A DNA stretch of 64,000 bases from an uncultured Actinomycetota bacterium (GTDB lineage: Bacteria; Actinomycetota; Acidimicrobiia; Spongiisociales; UBA5794): the NCBI GenBank assembly GCA_963808015.1, contig CAWEEG010000030.1:25-64024 (forward strand), read 5' to 3'. The translations under genes were made by a program, and so were the position numbers. Each line of letters begins with the position of its first letter. Within the stretch, counting starts at the first letter, position 1. Of this stretch, positions 1 to 12,798 are shown piece by piece. A model generated the notes under the pieces. The model ran no database searches. It saw only the letters and a program-made list of their open reading frames with translations, and had not been told where the DNA came from.

Positions 1-1
1 A

Positions 2-157
2 ATCGACCCGCATGATCGGTTTGTTTCGCCAAATGGTGTCATCAAGCTGCCTCTGGTCTGGTCGGTGCACGCCAGCAACGGACTGATCTACGTTTCGGAC
101 ATCAACACCGGTCTGTGGATTCTCCGTCTCATCGAAGCGCCGACGAACGCCGAATAG
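2..157 (+). CDS. C-terminal fragment of an upstream protein (partial at window edge); ...LVWSVHASNGLIYVSDINTGLWILRLIEAPTNAE*
   Basis: Open frame running from the window start to TAG at 155-157; protein-like beta-strand-rich sequence; no start within the window. Confidence 0.3.
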   Translation: MDPHDRFVSPNGVIKLPLVWSVHASNGLIYVSDINTGLWILRLIEAPTNAE

Positions 158-270
158 GCACCATCCATCCCTGTCGAACCGCCGCCGAGGGATGCTCGGA
201 GAGCCGATGAACGGCCGTTCGCCGGGCACCGGTACCATCCACCTGTTTGCCGATCGAAGAGGAGCACCCC

Positions 271-2791
271 GTGCCGTCCGAAGCTGACTATCGCCTGCCC
301 CGCACCGTCATCCCGAGCCACTACGAACTCACGCTGACCCCCGATCTCGCTGAGGCGAGTTTCGCCGGGAACGTGGTGGTGGACGTCGCGGTCGTGGAAC
401 CGGTCTCCGAGATCGTTCTCAATACGGCCGAGTTGACGCTGCACGATGTCACGCTGTTCAACAGCGATGGGCAGCGGAATGGCGGCAACCGTCGAGGCCG
501 ACGAGGAGGCCGAGCGGTCGACACTCCACCTCGACGGGACCGCGGCGGCGGGCGCGTGGAAGCTCGAGATCGCCTTCGACGGGATCCTGAACGACGACCT
601 CCGGGGTTTCTATCGCTCCGTCTACACCGATCCGAACGGCGCGGAGAAGACGATCGCAACCACCCAATTCGAGGCGACCGAGGCGCGTCGGGCATTCCCG
701 TGCTGGGACGAGCCCGACCTCAAGGCGACCTACGGCGTCACGCTCATCGTCGACGACGGCCTGACGGCGATCTCGAACGGTGCAGAAGCCGAGCGGACAG
801 ACCTCGGCGGCGGGAAGGTCGCTGTCCGCTTCGTGGATACGATCAAGATGTCGACATATCTCGTCGCCTTCATCGTTGGTGAGCTCGACGTCACCGATCC
901 GATCGATGTCGACGGGAACCCTCTGCGGATCGTGTATCCGCCGGGGAAGGGAAACCTCACCGACTTCGCTCTCGATGCTGCGGCCCACTCCCTTCGGTAC
1001 TACGCCGAGTACTACGACATCCCGTACCCGGGCGGGAAGATGGACAAGATCGCCATCCCCGATTTCGCATGGGGTGCGATGGAGAACATGGGCGCGGTGA
1101 CGTACCGTGAGACGGCGCTGCTGGTCGATCCCCGCACGGCCACCCAGACCGAGATGATGCGCGTCGCCGAGGTGATCGCCCATGAGATCGCCCACATGTG
1201 GTTCGGCGATCTCGTCACGATGAAGTGGTGGAACGGCATCTGGCTCAATGAGGCGTTCGCCACGTTCGCCTCGATGAAGTGCATCGACGCCTACCGGCCC
1301 GACTGGAAGCTGTGGCTCGACGTTCTCATCGGACCGTGTCCACTCGATGGAGACCGACGCCCTTGCCGCGACTCGGCCAATCGAGATCCCCGTTGCATCG
1401 CCCGAAGAGGCGAACGCCATGTTCGACTCGCTCACGTACGAGAAGGGCGCATCGGTGCTCCGGATGCTCGAACAGTATCTCGGCGAAGAAGCGTTCCGCC
1501 TCGGCGTGAGCAACTATCTGAAGGAGAACGCGTACGGAAACACCGACGGGGACGATCTGTGGTCCGCCCTTGCCGAAGCTTCTGGCGAACCCGTCAAGGA
1601 GATCATGGACACCTGGATCTTCCAGGGCGGGTTCCCGCTGGTCGGTGTTGAGGGTGGACCCGGCGACTACACGCTGACACAGCAGCAGTTCCGCTACTTG
1701 GGCGAGGGCGAGCAGCAGTGGAAGCTCCCCGTCGTGGTTCGGGCGTCGGAAGGTGAGCAGCGCATGCTCATCGAAGGCGAGAGTGCGACGAGTTGCGGCC
1801 GGCGATGACCTCGTCGTCAACGCAGGCGCCGACGGGTTCTATCGCGTGGCATATTCGCCCGAGCTGCGTGCAGGGCTCCGAGAGCGGCTCTCAACCCTCA
1901 TCGGTGAAGAGCGCTTCGCCGCGATTTCCGACGCGTGGGCCGATGTGTTGAAGGGCGGCTCAGATGCCGCCGACTACCTGCGGCTCGTCGCCGGGCTCGG
2001 CCGCGAGTCAGAGGTCGATGTCTGGCAGCGGATCCTCGCAGGGCTCGGCGAACTCGACCGTATCGCGCCCCCCGACGTTCGCCCGGCGCTCCAAACGTTC
2101 GTGCGAGACCTGGTCGCCGACAAGGCCGACGCCATGGGGTGGAAGCCGGCTGGGGGAGAGGACGATCGCAGTCGGAAGCTTCGGGGCACGCTCATTGCGG
2201 CGCTCGGAAACCTCGGCGATGATCCGGAGACCCAGGCGAAGGCTCGGCTGGTCTTCGAGGAGTCCCGGTCCGCCGAGGGAGCGGTCGACGCCGAAGTCGC
2301 GAATGCGGCGCTGAGCGTCGTGGCCGCAAACGGCGACTACGACGACTTCGAACGGTTCCTCGTCGATCTCGAACGGCTCGGAGATCCCGCAGGAGGTCGT
2401 GAAGTACCTCCGGGCGGCGGCCTCCGTTCCGGACCGGGCGGCCGCCGAGGAGCTGTTCCAGATGGTTCTCGACGGAGAGATCCGCCGTCAGGACGCCTTC
2501 TGGGTTGTTGCGATCATGCTCGGGCAACGGGAGACCGGCCCCCGGGTGTGGGAGCTGATGAAGGAGAACTGGGATGCGATGCTCGAACAGATCCCGCCCG
2601 CCACCGGGCGTCGGATCATCGAGCTGATCCCGAACCGCTCGGAGCCGGAGATCGCGGCAGACATCGAGGCGTGGCTTGCCGACCATCCGATCAAGGGCGG
2701 GGAGATGTTCGCACAGCAGCAACTCGAGCTACTGAAGGTGAGGGTCGGCCTCCGGGAGCGGGAAGCGAGCCGCCTCGCCGAAGCTCTCTGA
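271..2791 (+). CDS. pepN: Aminopeptidase N (M1 family), interrupted by 4 frameshifts
   Basis: GAMEN motif and the HEIAHMWFGD zinc-binding motif are seen in the 446..1651 frame. The N-terminal, middle and C-terminal PepN segments are spread over frames at 247-480, 446-1340, 1347-1790, 1753-2400 and 2399-2791. Each junction is a +1 shift. Confidence 0.85.
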
Positions 2792-2793
2792 AG

Positions 2794-2913
2794 CAGCGAA
2801 CCCAGGGTTCTCGACCCCGCATGCGGCGCTATCGGCCCGCGGAATGGGTGGCGCAGCGAACCCAGGGTTCTCGACCCTGTATGCGGCGCTGCGAGCCCGC
2901 GGAATGGGTGGGT
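2794..2913. repeat. Two tandem copies of a 60-bp unit (gcagcgaacccagggttctcgaccc[CG/TG][c/t]atgcggcgct....gcccgcggaatgggtgg) between pepN and hutH; contains the palindrome ccgcatgcgg
   Basis: Direct comparison of 2794-2853 with 2854-2913 shows about 90% identity. Confidence 0.8.
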
Positions 2914-2983
2914 TGAGGTTCGCCGCGTCGCCTCGCGGTAGGCTGGTCGCGCGGGTCTCGATCGTGACGAGAGGAGCTGGCAC

Positions 2984-4507
2984 ATGGCCGTCATCGTCGA
3001 TGGGTCTCCACTCACCGTCGCCGATGTCGCTGCCGTTGCCCACCGAAGGGCCAACGTCGAGATAGGCCCGGATCTTGCTGACGCGAATGGCGCCCGCCCG
3101 GGCCCTGGTTGAGACGATCATCGCCAACAACGAGGTGGCATACGGGATCACGACCGGCTTCGGTGCACTCTCGTATACGCGCATCCCGGCCGAGCAAGCC
3201 ACCGAACTGCAGTACGACCTCGTCCGCAGCCACGCCTCTGGGGTTGGCGATCTCCTCAAGCGACCGACCGTCCGAGCGATGTTGCTGCTCCGCGCCCGAA
3301 CACTGGCTCAGGGCTACTCGGGCGTCCGCCCGGCCATCGTCGAGCGCCTCATCGAGTTCCTCCGCCGCGACCTGCTCCCGGCCGTTCCTGATCGGGGTTC
3401 GGTCGGGGCCTCCGGCGACCTCGCTCCCTTCGCTCACCTTGCTCTCCCGCTCATCGGCGAGGGTTTCTTCTTGGTCGATGGCGAGCGAGTTCCCGCCGCC
3501 GGCGTGCTCGAGGCCGAGGGGCTCGAACCGATCCAGTCTCGAGCCGAAGGAAGGGCTGAGCCTGCTCAACGGGACGGAAGGCATGCTGGCCCAGGGATGC
3601 CTCGCGGTCGAACGGGCGCGGCTCCTCGCCGACGCCGCCGATGCCGCGTGTGCCCTCTCCGTCGAGGCGCTGATGGGTTCGAGCCGGCCGTTCGAAGCCC
3701 GCGTCCATCTGCTGCGGCCTCACCCAGGGCAGATCCACTCCGCACGGAGTCATCGCCGGCCTCCTCGAAGGATCATCGATCGGCGCGAGCCACAGGGACG
3801 ACTTCTCCCACCGGGTGCAGGACGCGTACAGCCTGCGTTGTGCCCCCCAGGTCCATGGCTCCGTTCGTGACACGATTGACCACGCTGCAGCGGTGTTCGA
3901 GCGGGAACTCGGCTCCGTGGTCGACAATCCGATCATCTTCGCCGACGACGGCGACGTGATCTCCGCAGGCAATTTCCACGGCCAGCCCCTCGCATTCGCT
4001 CTCGACTTTCTCGCGATAGCCATGACCGAACTCGGTTCGATCTCGGAACGAAGGACCGACCGAATCCTCGACCCGGAGCGGTCCTATGGACTCTCGCCAT
4101 TCCTGGCGACTCGCCCAGGAGTCGACTCGGGGTACATGCTGGCGCAGTACACCGCAGCAGCGCTCGTCGCCGAGAACCGTGTGCTCTCCCATCCTGCCTC
4201 AGTGGAATCGATCCCAACCTCGGGCTCGCAGGAAGACCACGTTTCGATGGGGTGGGGCGCAGGAAGGAAGCTCAATGACGTGCTCCGCAATACCGCGAAC
4301 GTGATCGCCGTCGAACTTGTTTGCGCCGCCCAAGGGTGCGAGCAACGAGCCCCGCTCGAACCGGCTCCCGGGACTCAGTCGATCCTCCAGGCGGTACGAA
4401 CCGTCGTGCCGCCGCTCGTCGCCGATCGGCCGGTTGGTGCAGATATCGAAGCCACCGCACAACTCATCGAAGATGGCGGGATTGCCGCTGCCATGGAACG
4501 AAGGTAG
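2984..4507 (+). CDS. hutH: Histidine ammonia-lyase, 3 frameshifts
   Basis: MIO-forming motif [11 protein letters not shown] is present. The N-terminus starts at ATG 2984 ([18 protein letters not shown]). Segments continue in frames 3075.., 3109.. and 3815..4507. The stop overlaps the hutU start (TAGTGATG). Confidence 0.85.
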
Positions 4508-4509
4508 TG

Positions 4510-6162
4510 ATGCCGCCGACGATCAGAGCACCCCGCGGGACGGAGCTGTCGACGAAGGGCTGGCTCCAAGAAGCAGCCCTCAGAATGCTCATGAACAACC
4601 TCGATCCCGACGTCGCTGAGAATCCCGATGAGCTGGTTGTCTACGGCGGCCGCGGCAAGGCCGCTCGATCCTGGGAAGCTTTCGAAGCCATCGTTCGAAC
4701 GTTGCGCAGCCTGGAGAACGACGAGACGATGCTGGTCCAATCAGGCAAACCGGTCGGTGTCTTCCGCACCCACGAGATGGCGCCACGCGTCTTGATAGCC
4801 AACAGCCTTCTCGTCCCGGACTGGGCCACGTGGGAAACCTTCTGGGACCTCGAGGCCAAAGGCCTGATGATGTACGGGCAGATGACCGCCGGCTCCTGGA
4901 TCTACATCGGGACGCAGGGGATTCTGCAGGGCACCTACCAGACGTTTGTTGCGATCGCCGAGCAGCGATTCGGCGGGTCGCTGAGAGGGACACTCACGCT
5001 GACCGCCGGGCTCGGCGGGATGGGCGGGGCACAGCCGCTGGCGATCACCATGAACGATGGCGTTGCGTTGTGCGTTGAAGTCGACCCCGAACGTATCGCT
5101 CGACGAATCGAGCACCACTACCTCGACGAGCGGGCAGACTCGCTCGACGATGCCCTCGACCGCGTTCTCGCAGCGAAGGCTGAAGGACGCCCGCTGTCGG
5201 TCGGGCTTCTCGGAAACGCCGCAGACGTCTTCCCCGAATTGCTGAAACGTGGGGTCGAGATCGACATCGTGACCGATCAGACGTCGGCCCATGATCCACT
5301 CAACGGATACATCCCGCGTGGGTTCACGTTGGTCGAGGCTGCCGAACTCCGGCGGTCCGACCCCGAGACCTACATCGCCGCAGCCCGCGAATCCATGGCC
5401 GTCCACTGCGCCGCGATGGTCGGATTCCTCGACGCCGGATCGGAGGTCTTCGACTACGGGAACAACCTGCGCGGAGAGGCGCTGCTCGGCGGTTTCGAGA
5501 ACGCATTCGCCTACCCAGGATTCGTTCCTGCCTACATCAGAGATCTGTTCTGCGAAGGTATGGGGCCATTCCGATGGGCGGCGCTTTCGGGTGATCCTGA
5601 CGACATCCGGGCGACGGATGACGCACTCCGGGTGCTCTTCCCCGACAACCGGGCCCTGCACCGGTGGCTGGACCTTGCCGAGGAACGTGTCGCGTTCCAG
5701 GGCCTGCCCGCCAGGATCCTGTGGCTCGGGTACGGAGAGCGTGACCGAGCGGGGGAAGCCTTCAACGAATTGGTCGCATCGGGCGACGTCAGTGCTCCCA
5801 TCGTGATCGGGCGAGATCACCTCGATTCCGGCTCGGTCGCCTCCCCGTATCGCGAGACCGAGGCGATGCGTGACGGCTCCGACGCCGTTGCCGACTGGCC
5901 GATCCTCAACGCTCTCCTGAGTACGGCGTCCGGTGCAGCGTGGGTTGCCGTGCATCACGGAGGAGGAGTTGGGATCGGCAAGTCGATCCATGCCGGCGCG
6001 CAGGTCGTGGCAGACGGAACAGCAGACGGTGCCGAACGCCTCGCCCGCGTCCTGACGAACGATCCGGGCATGGGGGTCATCCGCCATGTTGATGCCGGCT
6101 ACCCGGAGGCCGAGGAGGTTGCCCGGCAGCGCGGCGTGAGGGTTCCGATGTGGGAATCGTGA
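4510..6162 (+). CDS. hutU: Urocanate hydratase (urocanase), intact
   Basis: Uninterrupted ORF of about 550 aa with conserved urocanase sequence throughout ([13 protein letters not shown]-binding region). Confidence 0.9.
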   Translation: MPPTIRAPRGTELSTKGWLQEAALRMLMNNLDPDVAENPDELVVYGGRGKAARSWEAFEAIVRTLRSLENDETMLVQSGKPVGVFRTHEMAPRVLIANSLLVPDWATWETFWDLEAKGLMMYGQMTAGSWIYIGTQGILQGTYQTFVAIAEQRFGGSLRGTLTLTAGLGGMGGAQPLAITMNDGVALCVEVDPERIARRIEHHYLDERADSLDDALDRVLAAKAEGRPLSVGLLGNAADVFPELLKRGVEIDIVTDQTSAHDPLNGYIPRGFTLVEAAELRRSDPETYIAAARESMAVHCAAMVGFLDAGSEVFDYGNNLRGEALLGGFENAFAYPGFVPAYIRDLFCEGMGPFRWAALSGDPDDIRATDDALRVLFPDNRALHRWLDLAEERVAFQGLPARILWLGYGERDRAGEAFNELVASGDVSAPIVIGRDHLDSGSVASPYRETEAMRDGSDAVADWPILNALLSTASGAAWVAVHHGGGVGIGKSIHAGAQVVADGTADGAERLARVLTNDPGMGVIRHVDAGYPEAEEVARQRGVRVPMWES

Positions 6163-7364
6163 GCGACCTGCTGGTCTTCAACATCGGACAACTGGTCACG
6201 AACGACCCTGCGCGTTCGGGCATGCTGGGGGTTGTCGAGAACGCCGGGGTCGCGATCGTTGATGGCATGGTCGCCTGGGTTGGTGCCGGCGCCGACGTGC
6301 CGGATCGGTACCGAGACGTTCCCCGGCTCGATGCCGGGGGAGCGGCCGTGCTTCCCGGGTTCGTTGATCCCCACACCCACCTGGTCTTCGCTGGAGATCG
6401 CAGCGAGGAATTCGATCGACGGCTCCGCGGCGAGTCGTACGAGCAGATCCTCGAAGGCGGGGGCGGGATACTCTCGACCGTCGCGGCAACTCGCGCCGCT
6501 TCCGAAGATCAACTCTTCGACGAAGCGGCGGCCCGCATATGGCGGATGATGGCGAACGGCACGACCACCGTCGAGATCAAATCCGGCTACGGCCTCGACA
6601 CCGAGACCGAGGTGCGCATGCTGAGGGTTGCGAATCGGCTCGATGAGATGCTCCCGGTCGACGTTGTCCCGACATTCCTCGGCGCCCATGTGGTGCCGTT
6701 TGAGGCGCGTGCCGATCGCGACGCGTACATTGACCTCGTGTGCGGCCCGATGCTCGACGCCTGTGCTCCGCTTGCACGCTTCTGCGACGTGTTCTGCGAT
6801 GAGGCGGCGTTCTCCGTTGCAGAGGCCCGTCGCATCCTCGAGGCAGCGAGGTCTCGGGGATTGGACGTGCGGATTCACGCCGACCAGTTGGGGCGTGTGG
6901 GGGCGGCGGCCCTCGCCGCCGATATCCACGCGGCAAGCGCCGACCACCTTGACCACGCCACCAACGACGATCTTGCCCTGATGCAGTCCTCCGGCACCGC
7001 CGCCGTCCTGCTTCCTGCCGTGTCGTTCTCTATGCGCCTGCCCTATCCCGACGGCCGCGCAATCTGGGACAGCGGCGTGTCGGTTGCGCTCGCAACCGAC
7101 TGCAATCCCGGAACCGCCAATGTCGAGTCGATGCCGTTCGTGATCTCCCTGGCCGTCCTCAATATGGGCCTCACGGCCGACGAGGCGATCTGGGCAGCGA
7201 CTCTGGGGGGTGCACGTGCCCTCGGTTTGGACGATCGGGGTCACCTCGTTCCAGGAGCGATCGGTGACCTAGCGGTTCTCGATGCACCGACCCATCTCCA
7301 CATCGCGTACCGGCCGGCCGCCGATATCGTCGCCGCCGTCGTCAAGCGTGGGGAGATCCTGTGA
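6150..7364 (+). CDS. hutI: Imidazolonepropionase, intact
   Basis: 404-aa ORF; amidohydrolase metal ligands (DPHTHL, HADQ, D near the C-terminus); overlaps the hutU end. Confidence 0.9.
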   Translation: MGIVSDLLVFNIGQLVTNDPARSGMLGVVENAGVAIVDGMVAWVGAGADVPDRYRDVPRLDAGGAAVLPGFVDPHTHLVFAGDRSEEFDRRLRGESYEQILEGGGGILSTVAATRAASEDQLFDEAAARIWRMMANGTTTVEIKSGYGLDTETEVRMLRVANRLDEMLPVDVVPTFLGAHVVPFEARADRDAYIDLVCGPMLDACAPLARFCDVFCDEAAFSVAEARRILEAARSRGLDVRIHADQLGRVGAAALAADIHAASADHLDHATNDDLALMQSSGTAAVLLPAVSFSMRLPYPDGRAIWDSGVSVALATDCNPGTANVESMPFVISLAVLNMGLTADEAIWAATLGGARALGLDDRGHLVPGAIGDLAVLDAPTHLHIAYRPAADIVAAVVKRGEIL

Positions 7365-8143
7365 GCGACTACTTCTCGGTCGAACATCCGGTTCGGTTCG
7401 CACATCGCGGCAGTCGTGTGCTGTGGCCCGAGAACACCCTGTACGCGTTCGAGAGGGCGATTGAGGATCTGAGCTACCGCTACCTCGAGCTCGACGTGCG
7501 GCTCACTGCCGATCGCATCCCCGTCGTGTTTCACGACGCCACCCTCGACCGGACGACCGACGGTACCGGGAAGGTCGGCGACTACACGCTGGCCGACCTG
7601 AAGTCCATCGACGCTGCCTATCACTTCGGACCGGACGACGACTACCCGCTTCGCGGAACCGGCATCGGAATCTCGCCCCTTGAGGAGTTGTATCGCACCT
7701 GGCCCGATGTGCGGTTGAACGTCGACCTCAAGGGACCAGACCAGGAGTGGGCGGTTGCCGAGGTGATCCGCAAAGCCGACGCCGAGCACCGCACGCTCAT
7801 CGGCTCGTTCTACGACCGGCGGATCGCCCGCTTTCGCAGGATCACACAGGGGCGGGTCGCCGTTTCCGCAGGACCAACCGCCGCCACCGCGATGTGGAGT
7901 GCTTCGCGGGCAGGGCGAACAACCCGACGGAAGGTCCAGGCCTATCAGTTTCCGTTCAACTACCGCGGTTTCAAGATCGACGAGAAGTTGATCAACAGTG
8001 TGCACCGCGCCGGTGCACACATCCACTTGTGGACGGTGAACGAAGCAGATGACATGCGGCGGTTCCTCGATATGGGAGTCGACGGCATCGTCACCGATCG
8101 CCCCGATATACTGAACGAGGTAATGGGTGTCCATGGCCGTTGA
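7361..8143 (+). CDS. Glycerophosphodiester phosphodiesterase family protein
   Basis: N-terminal HRG, E..D and VVFHD motifs typical of the GDPD fold; 260 aa, intact; start overlaps the hutI stop. Confidence 0.75.
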   Translation: MSDYFSVEHPVRFAHRGSRVLWPENTLYAFERAIEDLSYRYLELDVRLTADRIPVVFHDATLDRTTDGTGKVGDYTLADLKSIDAAYHFGPDDDYPLRGTGIGISPLEELYRTWPDVRLNVDLKGPDQEWAVAEVIRKADAEHRTLIGSFYDRRIARFRRITQGRVAVSAGPTAATAMWSASRAGRTTRRKVQAYQFPFNYRGFKIDEKLINSVHRAGAHIHLWTVNEADDMRRFLDMGVDGIVTDRPDILNEVMGVHGR

Positions 8144-8242
8144 CGAGTATCTGGCCGGATCATCGCTACCACGAATTCCTCGGTCGCAAATCGCTGACCC
8201 CGGGTAGCGTGTGAGCATGTTGACGACACGGAAAGGTCCCTG

Positions 8243-8814
8243 ATGAGTGAACCGATTGGCCGCGTTGTGCGGCTCCAGGTGCATGCAGAGCCCCTGAAGC
8301 AGGACGGTACATACGTCCCCGATCCTCTCGTTTCGGTCGATCGAGCTGTTATCAGCGCTGACGGCATGCTCGGTTGGAATGACAACGGCTGGATCATCGA
8401 CACCCATCATCCTGCGCACCCTCGGGCCAAGGGCGGCGGAAAGCGCGTGCTGTCAATCGGATTCACCGGCCACTACGTCGCGATGGCCGACCGTTTCGAT
8501 TCAGTGCCTCTTGGGTGTCGCTGGCGAGAACATCGTGGTGGACGGCCCCGCCGTTGCTGCAGGACGACATTGAAGATGGTCTCGTGATTCGTCATGCCGA
8601 CGGCACCGAAACCGAGCTGCGATCACCGAAAGCTGCGATCGCCTGCACCGGGTTCACTTCCTACCTGCTCGGATCCGACGAGGTGCTCGGCCATGAGGAG
8701 GTCGCCGATCATCTTGCGTTCCTGTCGACCGGCACCCGTGGATTCATCCTCGCCGTCGACCATCTCGACCGGCCGGTTGAGATTCAGGTCGGGGACGAAG
8801 TCTTCACACGCTGA
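8243..8814 (+). CDS. MOSC-domain protein, 2 frameshifts
   Basis: LGENIVVDG...IACTGF pattern typical of MOSC. Protein sequence continues across frames 8243-8510, 8510-8570 and 8570-8814. Confidence 0.5.
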
Positions 8815-8847
8815 ACGGGATCCCGTTCAGCAGCACCAACTCGTCGA

Positions 8848-9108
8848 TCACCGCGCTGCGCGCGCTTCGTCGAACGACAGATCCTGCCGTTCCCGCAACG
8901 GGATGCCGCGTTCCTGGACGTAGACCCGGTAGCGGCGGTCGTCGTCGAGAACGTAGAGGCCGTCGCGGGGACCGACACGATTGAGGCCGAGGGCGAGCAG
9001 GGTTTCGTGGTCGGGGATCTCGGAGATGATGTCGACACGTTCGAGCGTGAACGCATCCGAGAAGTCGGCAGCCGTCGTCGCCCGCCGCCCGAGCACCGAA
9101 GAGGCCAT
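8848..9108 (-). CDS. Small hypothetical protein (86 aa)
   Basis: Protein-like ORF co-oriented downstream of leuD; no recognisable motif. Confidence 0.3.
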   Translation of the reverse strand: MASSVLGRRATTAADFSDAFTLERVDIISEIPDHETLLALGLNRVGPRDGLYVLDDDRRYRVYVQERGIPLRERQDLSFDEARAAR

Positions 9109-9149
9109 CTTGCGCGCCTTGCGATGCGAGGATCGCTTGTGCCTGCTCC

Positions 9150-9792
9150 TGGCGGGTTGGTCGGTTCATTCGCGGAGACCTGGGTCATCCCTGACAACCG
9201 CGGTTTCCAGGCGGGCCGTTCTTGCTCGAAGCGTTCGATCTCCTCGGCATGTGCGAGGGTCAGGGCGACATGATCGAGGCCGTTGAGCAGCCGGTGCTTC
9301 ACCGCAGGATCGATGTCGAACGACGCTTCGAAGTCGCCCGACACGACCGTCTGCGCCGGGAGGTCGATCGTCACCTGGTTTGCCGGATCAGCGGCAATCG
9401 CAGTGAGTTCAGCTACCTCCTCGGCGCTGAGCGCGATCGGGAGCAACCCGACGTTGTACGAGTTGCCCCGGAAGATGTCGGCGAACGACGGAGCAATGAT
9501 TGCCCGGAATCCACGGTCCTCGAGCGCCCACGGGGCGTGCTCTCGAGACGATCCCGAACCGAAGTTCGGGCCGGAGACGAGCACAACGGCCTCTGAGTAC
9601 TCCGGTCGGTTGAGGATGAACTCCGGGGTCCAGTTCACCCTCGGCGTCCTGCGCCCAATCCCAGAAGAGGAACGGACCGAAGCCGGAGCGCTCAACTCGC
9701 TTGAGGAACTGCTTCGGGATGATCTGATCGGTGTCGATGTTGGCCCGGGGGAGTGGGGCCATCTGGCCGGAGATGACGGTGACGGGCTGCAT
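9150..9792 (-). CDS. leuD: 3-isopropylmalate dehydratase small subunit, frameshifted; 3' end uncertain
   Basis: [33 protein letters not shown]-terminus at ATG 9792..9790, then a shift to ...[21 protein letters not shown]... The ATG overlaps the leuC stop by 1 nt. No in-frame stop after the WKPR region, so the 3' end is obscured by a frameshift. Confidence 0.8.
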
Positions 9793-11199
9793 CAGGACCA
9801 CTCCCGGATGTCGACGAAGTGGCCTTCGATCGCTGCCGCGGCCGCCATAGCCGGGCTCACGAGATGGGTTCGACCGTCGCGGCCCTGGCGACCTTCGAAG
9901 TTGCGGTTCGATGTCGAGGCGCACCGTTCTCCCGGCTGAAGGACGTCCGGGTTCATCGCCAGGCACATCGAACACCCGGCGTCGCGCCATTCGAACCCCG
10001 CATCGATGAAGACCTGTCGAGCCCCTCTTCCTCGGCCTGGAGCTTCACCAGGCCGGAACCGGGAACCACCATCGCCCGGACGCCTTCGGCTACCTGCCTC
10101 CCCGCCACGACAGCGGAGGCTGCCCGCAGGTCTTCGATCCTGGCATTCGTGCACGAGCCGAGGAACACCACGTCGATGGTGATGTCGGTGATCGGGGTTC
10201 CGGCTTCCAGGTCCATGTAGACGAGCGCTCGTTCGGCTGCGTCACGGTCGAGCGGGTCGTCGAACGACGCAGGGTCGGGAACACTCGCTCCGACCGGTAC
10301 CGTTTGTGATGGGTTGGTGCCCCACGAAACGTAGGGCGTGAGGTCGGCAGCGTCGATGACGACCTCCGTGTCGAACACTGCGTCAGGGTCGGTCGAGAGC
10401 GTTCGCCAGTAGGCGAGCGCCTCATCCCACTCGGCACCGCTCGGGGCGAAGGGGCGACCCTTCAAGTAGGCGAAGGTTGTCTCGTCGGGAGCGACCAGTC
10501 CGGCGCGGGCACCGGCCTCGATCGACATGTTGCAGACGGTCATCCGACCCTCCATCGACATGCTCCTCGAACACCGAACCCCGGTACTCGACGACGTGCC
10601 CACCTCCGCCGTTGAATCCGATGCGGGCGATGATGCCGAGGATCACGTCCTTCGGCGTGACGCCCGGCCGGAAGATCTCCGTCGACGGTGATCGACATCG
10701 ACTTGGGTTTGCGCTGCGGCATCGTCTGTGTGGCGAGCACGTGCTCGACTTCGGAAGTTCCGATCCCGAACGCAAGCGCCCCGAAGGCGCCGTGGGTCGC
10801 CGTGTGGGAGTCGCCGCAGACGATGGTCGCGCCGGGCTGTGTGAGGCCTTGCTCCGGGCCGATCACATGGACGATGCCGGACCGCGGGTCGTTGATATCG
10901 AAGAGCGTCACACCGGTGCGCTCACAGTTCGCGATCAGCGTGTCGATCTGCTTCTTGGACAGCGGATCGAGGATGCCCAGCGCCCGATCTGCGGTCGGCA
11001 CACCGTGATCGATGGTCGCGAGAGTGAGGTCGGGCCGATGCACGGACCTTCCGGACATCTCCAGCGCTTCGAAGGCCTGGGGTGACGTGACTTCGTGAAC
11101 GAGGTGCAGGTCGACGAAGAGGAGGTCGGTGCCGTCGTCTTCCGTGCGGACGACGTGGTCGTCCCAGATCTTCTCGTAGAGGGTGCGGGGCTTGGTCAT
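9792..11199 (-). CDS. leuC: 3-isopropylmalate dehydratase large subunit, 2 frameshifts
   Basis: [15 protein letters not shown] start (ATG 11199..11197); aconitase-family motifs ([27 protein letters not shown]) in three consecutive minus-strand frames; ends ...DIREWS* at 9792. Confidence 0.85.
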
Positions 11200-11360
11200 G
11201 GTGCGTCGCAGGTTAGGGACGAGCGAGGAGTTGGCACACGACATCGATTGACTGGGTGGCACCAACGGCAACGCCCATTGCCTGGACCTGGCTCGATAGC
11301 CGACGCCCTCTGATGCTGGTGTCACCGCGCCGGGACCACTCCCCGGTACGCTGATCGCTG

Positions 11361-11909
11361 ATGCCGGTTGTTCTCGCCATTCTGCTCTCCGTCGTGCTCG
11401 GCGCCCCGTTCGGGGAGGCAGAGGCTCGTGCGCTCGAGGTCGACACCGGGATGACGATCGAGGTGTCGGTCGAACTGGACGGCGGACGATCAGCGGTGCT
11501 GGCCCGGGTGGTTGCGTTCGCCGGAGAACTGCCACCGGTCGCACTCGTCGACCAGGGCGATGGCCGATGGGTCGGCATCCTCCGGCTCTCGGGACGCGAA
11601 GATGTTCAGGTCGCGTTCGAAGCCATCGACGCCGATGGCTCGAGCGACATCTCCGAGCTTTCGACGCTGACGGAACTCGGTGTTGATCCGGCCGTGGTTT
11701 CCCCAACTCGGCCAACGATCCCGCCGGCGGAGGAGCCCGGTCCGAACTGGTGGCTCATCGGCGGGGCTGTGGCCGGGATCGCAGCACTCGTCCTATTGGT
11801 GGCGTGGGCGGTCGCGGGTACGACAGACAAGGGCTTGGGCGAACCGGACGAGAAGAACGGCGTCGGTGAGCCCGAACCCGACTCCGCACCCGGCGACGCT
11901 GGGGCTTAG
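11361..11909 (+). CDS. Secreted, membrane-anchored hypothetical protein (signal peptide, C-terminal TM helix, acidic tail)
   Basis: N-terminal hydrophobic leader; C-terminal [20 protein letters not shown] helix followed by a D/E/P-rich tail. Confidence 0.5.
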   Translation: MPVVLAILLSVVLGAPFGEAEARALEVDTGMTIEVSVELDGGRSAVLARVVAFAGELPPVALVDQGDGRWVGILRLSGREDVQVAFEAIDADGSSDISELSTLTELGVDPAVVSPTRPTIPPAEEPGPNWWLIGGAVAGIAALVLLVAWAVAGTTDKGLGEPDEKNGVGEPEPDSAPGDAGA

Positions 11910-12702
11910 GCGCCGCGGGATCTGCGTTTCATGAGGGCAACCGCAGCGGCGAGCGCAGCGGCTGAGAGTGCAACGGCGGCTCCTGTGAGCGGTGAAGGGC
12001 GCGGGATCGTGGGGCCAACGGTGACAGGACGCTGGAACTCGAGCATTGGCCATCCTCGCTCCTCGGCAACAGCTCGCAGTTCCTTCTCCGGGTTCACAAC
12101 CACGGGATTCCCAACCGCCTCGAGCATCGGCAGGTCGGTGATCGAGTCCGAGTAGGCGAAGGATCCCTCGAGGTCGATGTCGGCGGTGCGCGCCAGTTCC
12201 CGCATAGCTTCCGCCTTCCCTGGTCCCATGGCATAGACGTCGACTTCGGGCAGATACCGACCGTGCGCGTCGGTCTTGACCTTCGTGGCGATCACTTCCC
12301 GAACGCCGACGTGCTCCGCGATGGGGCGTACGATCTCTTCCGGGCTGGCCGAGATGATGATGACCCGGCGGCCCCTTCGTCGCATGTTCATCGATGAGGA
12401 ACAGGGCTTCTGCGTAGACGAGCGGCTCCGCGACGTCGCTGAGGGTCTCGCGGACGAGTTGCTCGATCTCGTCGCGCTGCCAGCCGGCGATCAGGTGAAG
12501 CAGTTCGTCTCTCGCTCGTTCGAGCTGGTCCTCGTCCGCACCGAACAGGAGGTACATGACCTGCGCCAACCCCATTCGCGCCAGACGCCTTGCGACCGAG
12601 AAAACCCGCTTTGTAGAGCGGTTTGCCGAACGCAAGCGTCGACGACTTCGCGATGACCGTTTTGTCGAGATCGAAGAACGCTGCTTGCTGCATCACCATC
12701 GA
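11906..12702 (-). CDS. HAD-superfamily hydrolase (phosphoserine phosphatase-like), 2 frameshifts
   Basis: FFDLDKT motif I at the N-terminus (start about 12702); S/T motif II (IISASP); motif IV (SDSITDLPML); pieces in three minus-strand frames. Confidence 0.7.
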
Positions 12703-12798
12703 GTGTATCGGCACAACAACACGCCGAAGTGAACGTGAATCGAAGGTCTTGAAACGCTGGATGCGAGGCCATACGGTGCTCGCAGTTGTCACCTGGAG

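Noticed and set aside
1753-2916. pepN C-terminal extension carrying the repeated QRTQGSRP.MRR..PAEWV peptide
   Set aside because: That frame is out of phase with the true pepN C-terminus (ends 2791). The repeat is translation of the 60-bp intergenic tandem duplication.
458-7244. Long antisense ORFs (for example 458..1513 -, 4741..6087 -, 6099..7244 -)
   Set aside because: Shadow ORFs typical of 68% GC DNA; the opposite strand carries well-conserved pepN, hutU and hutI.
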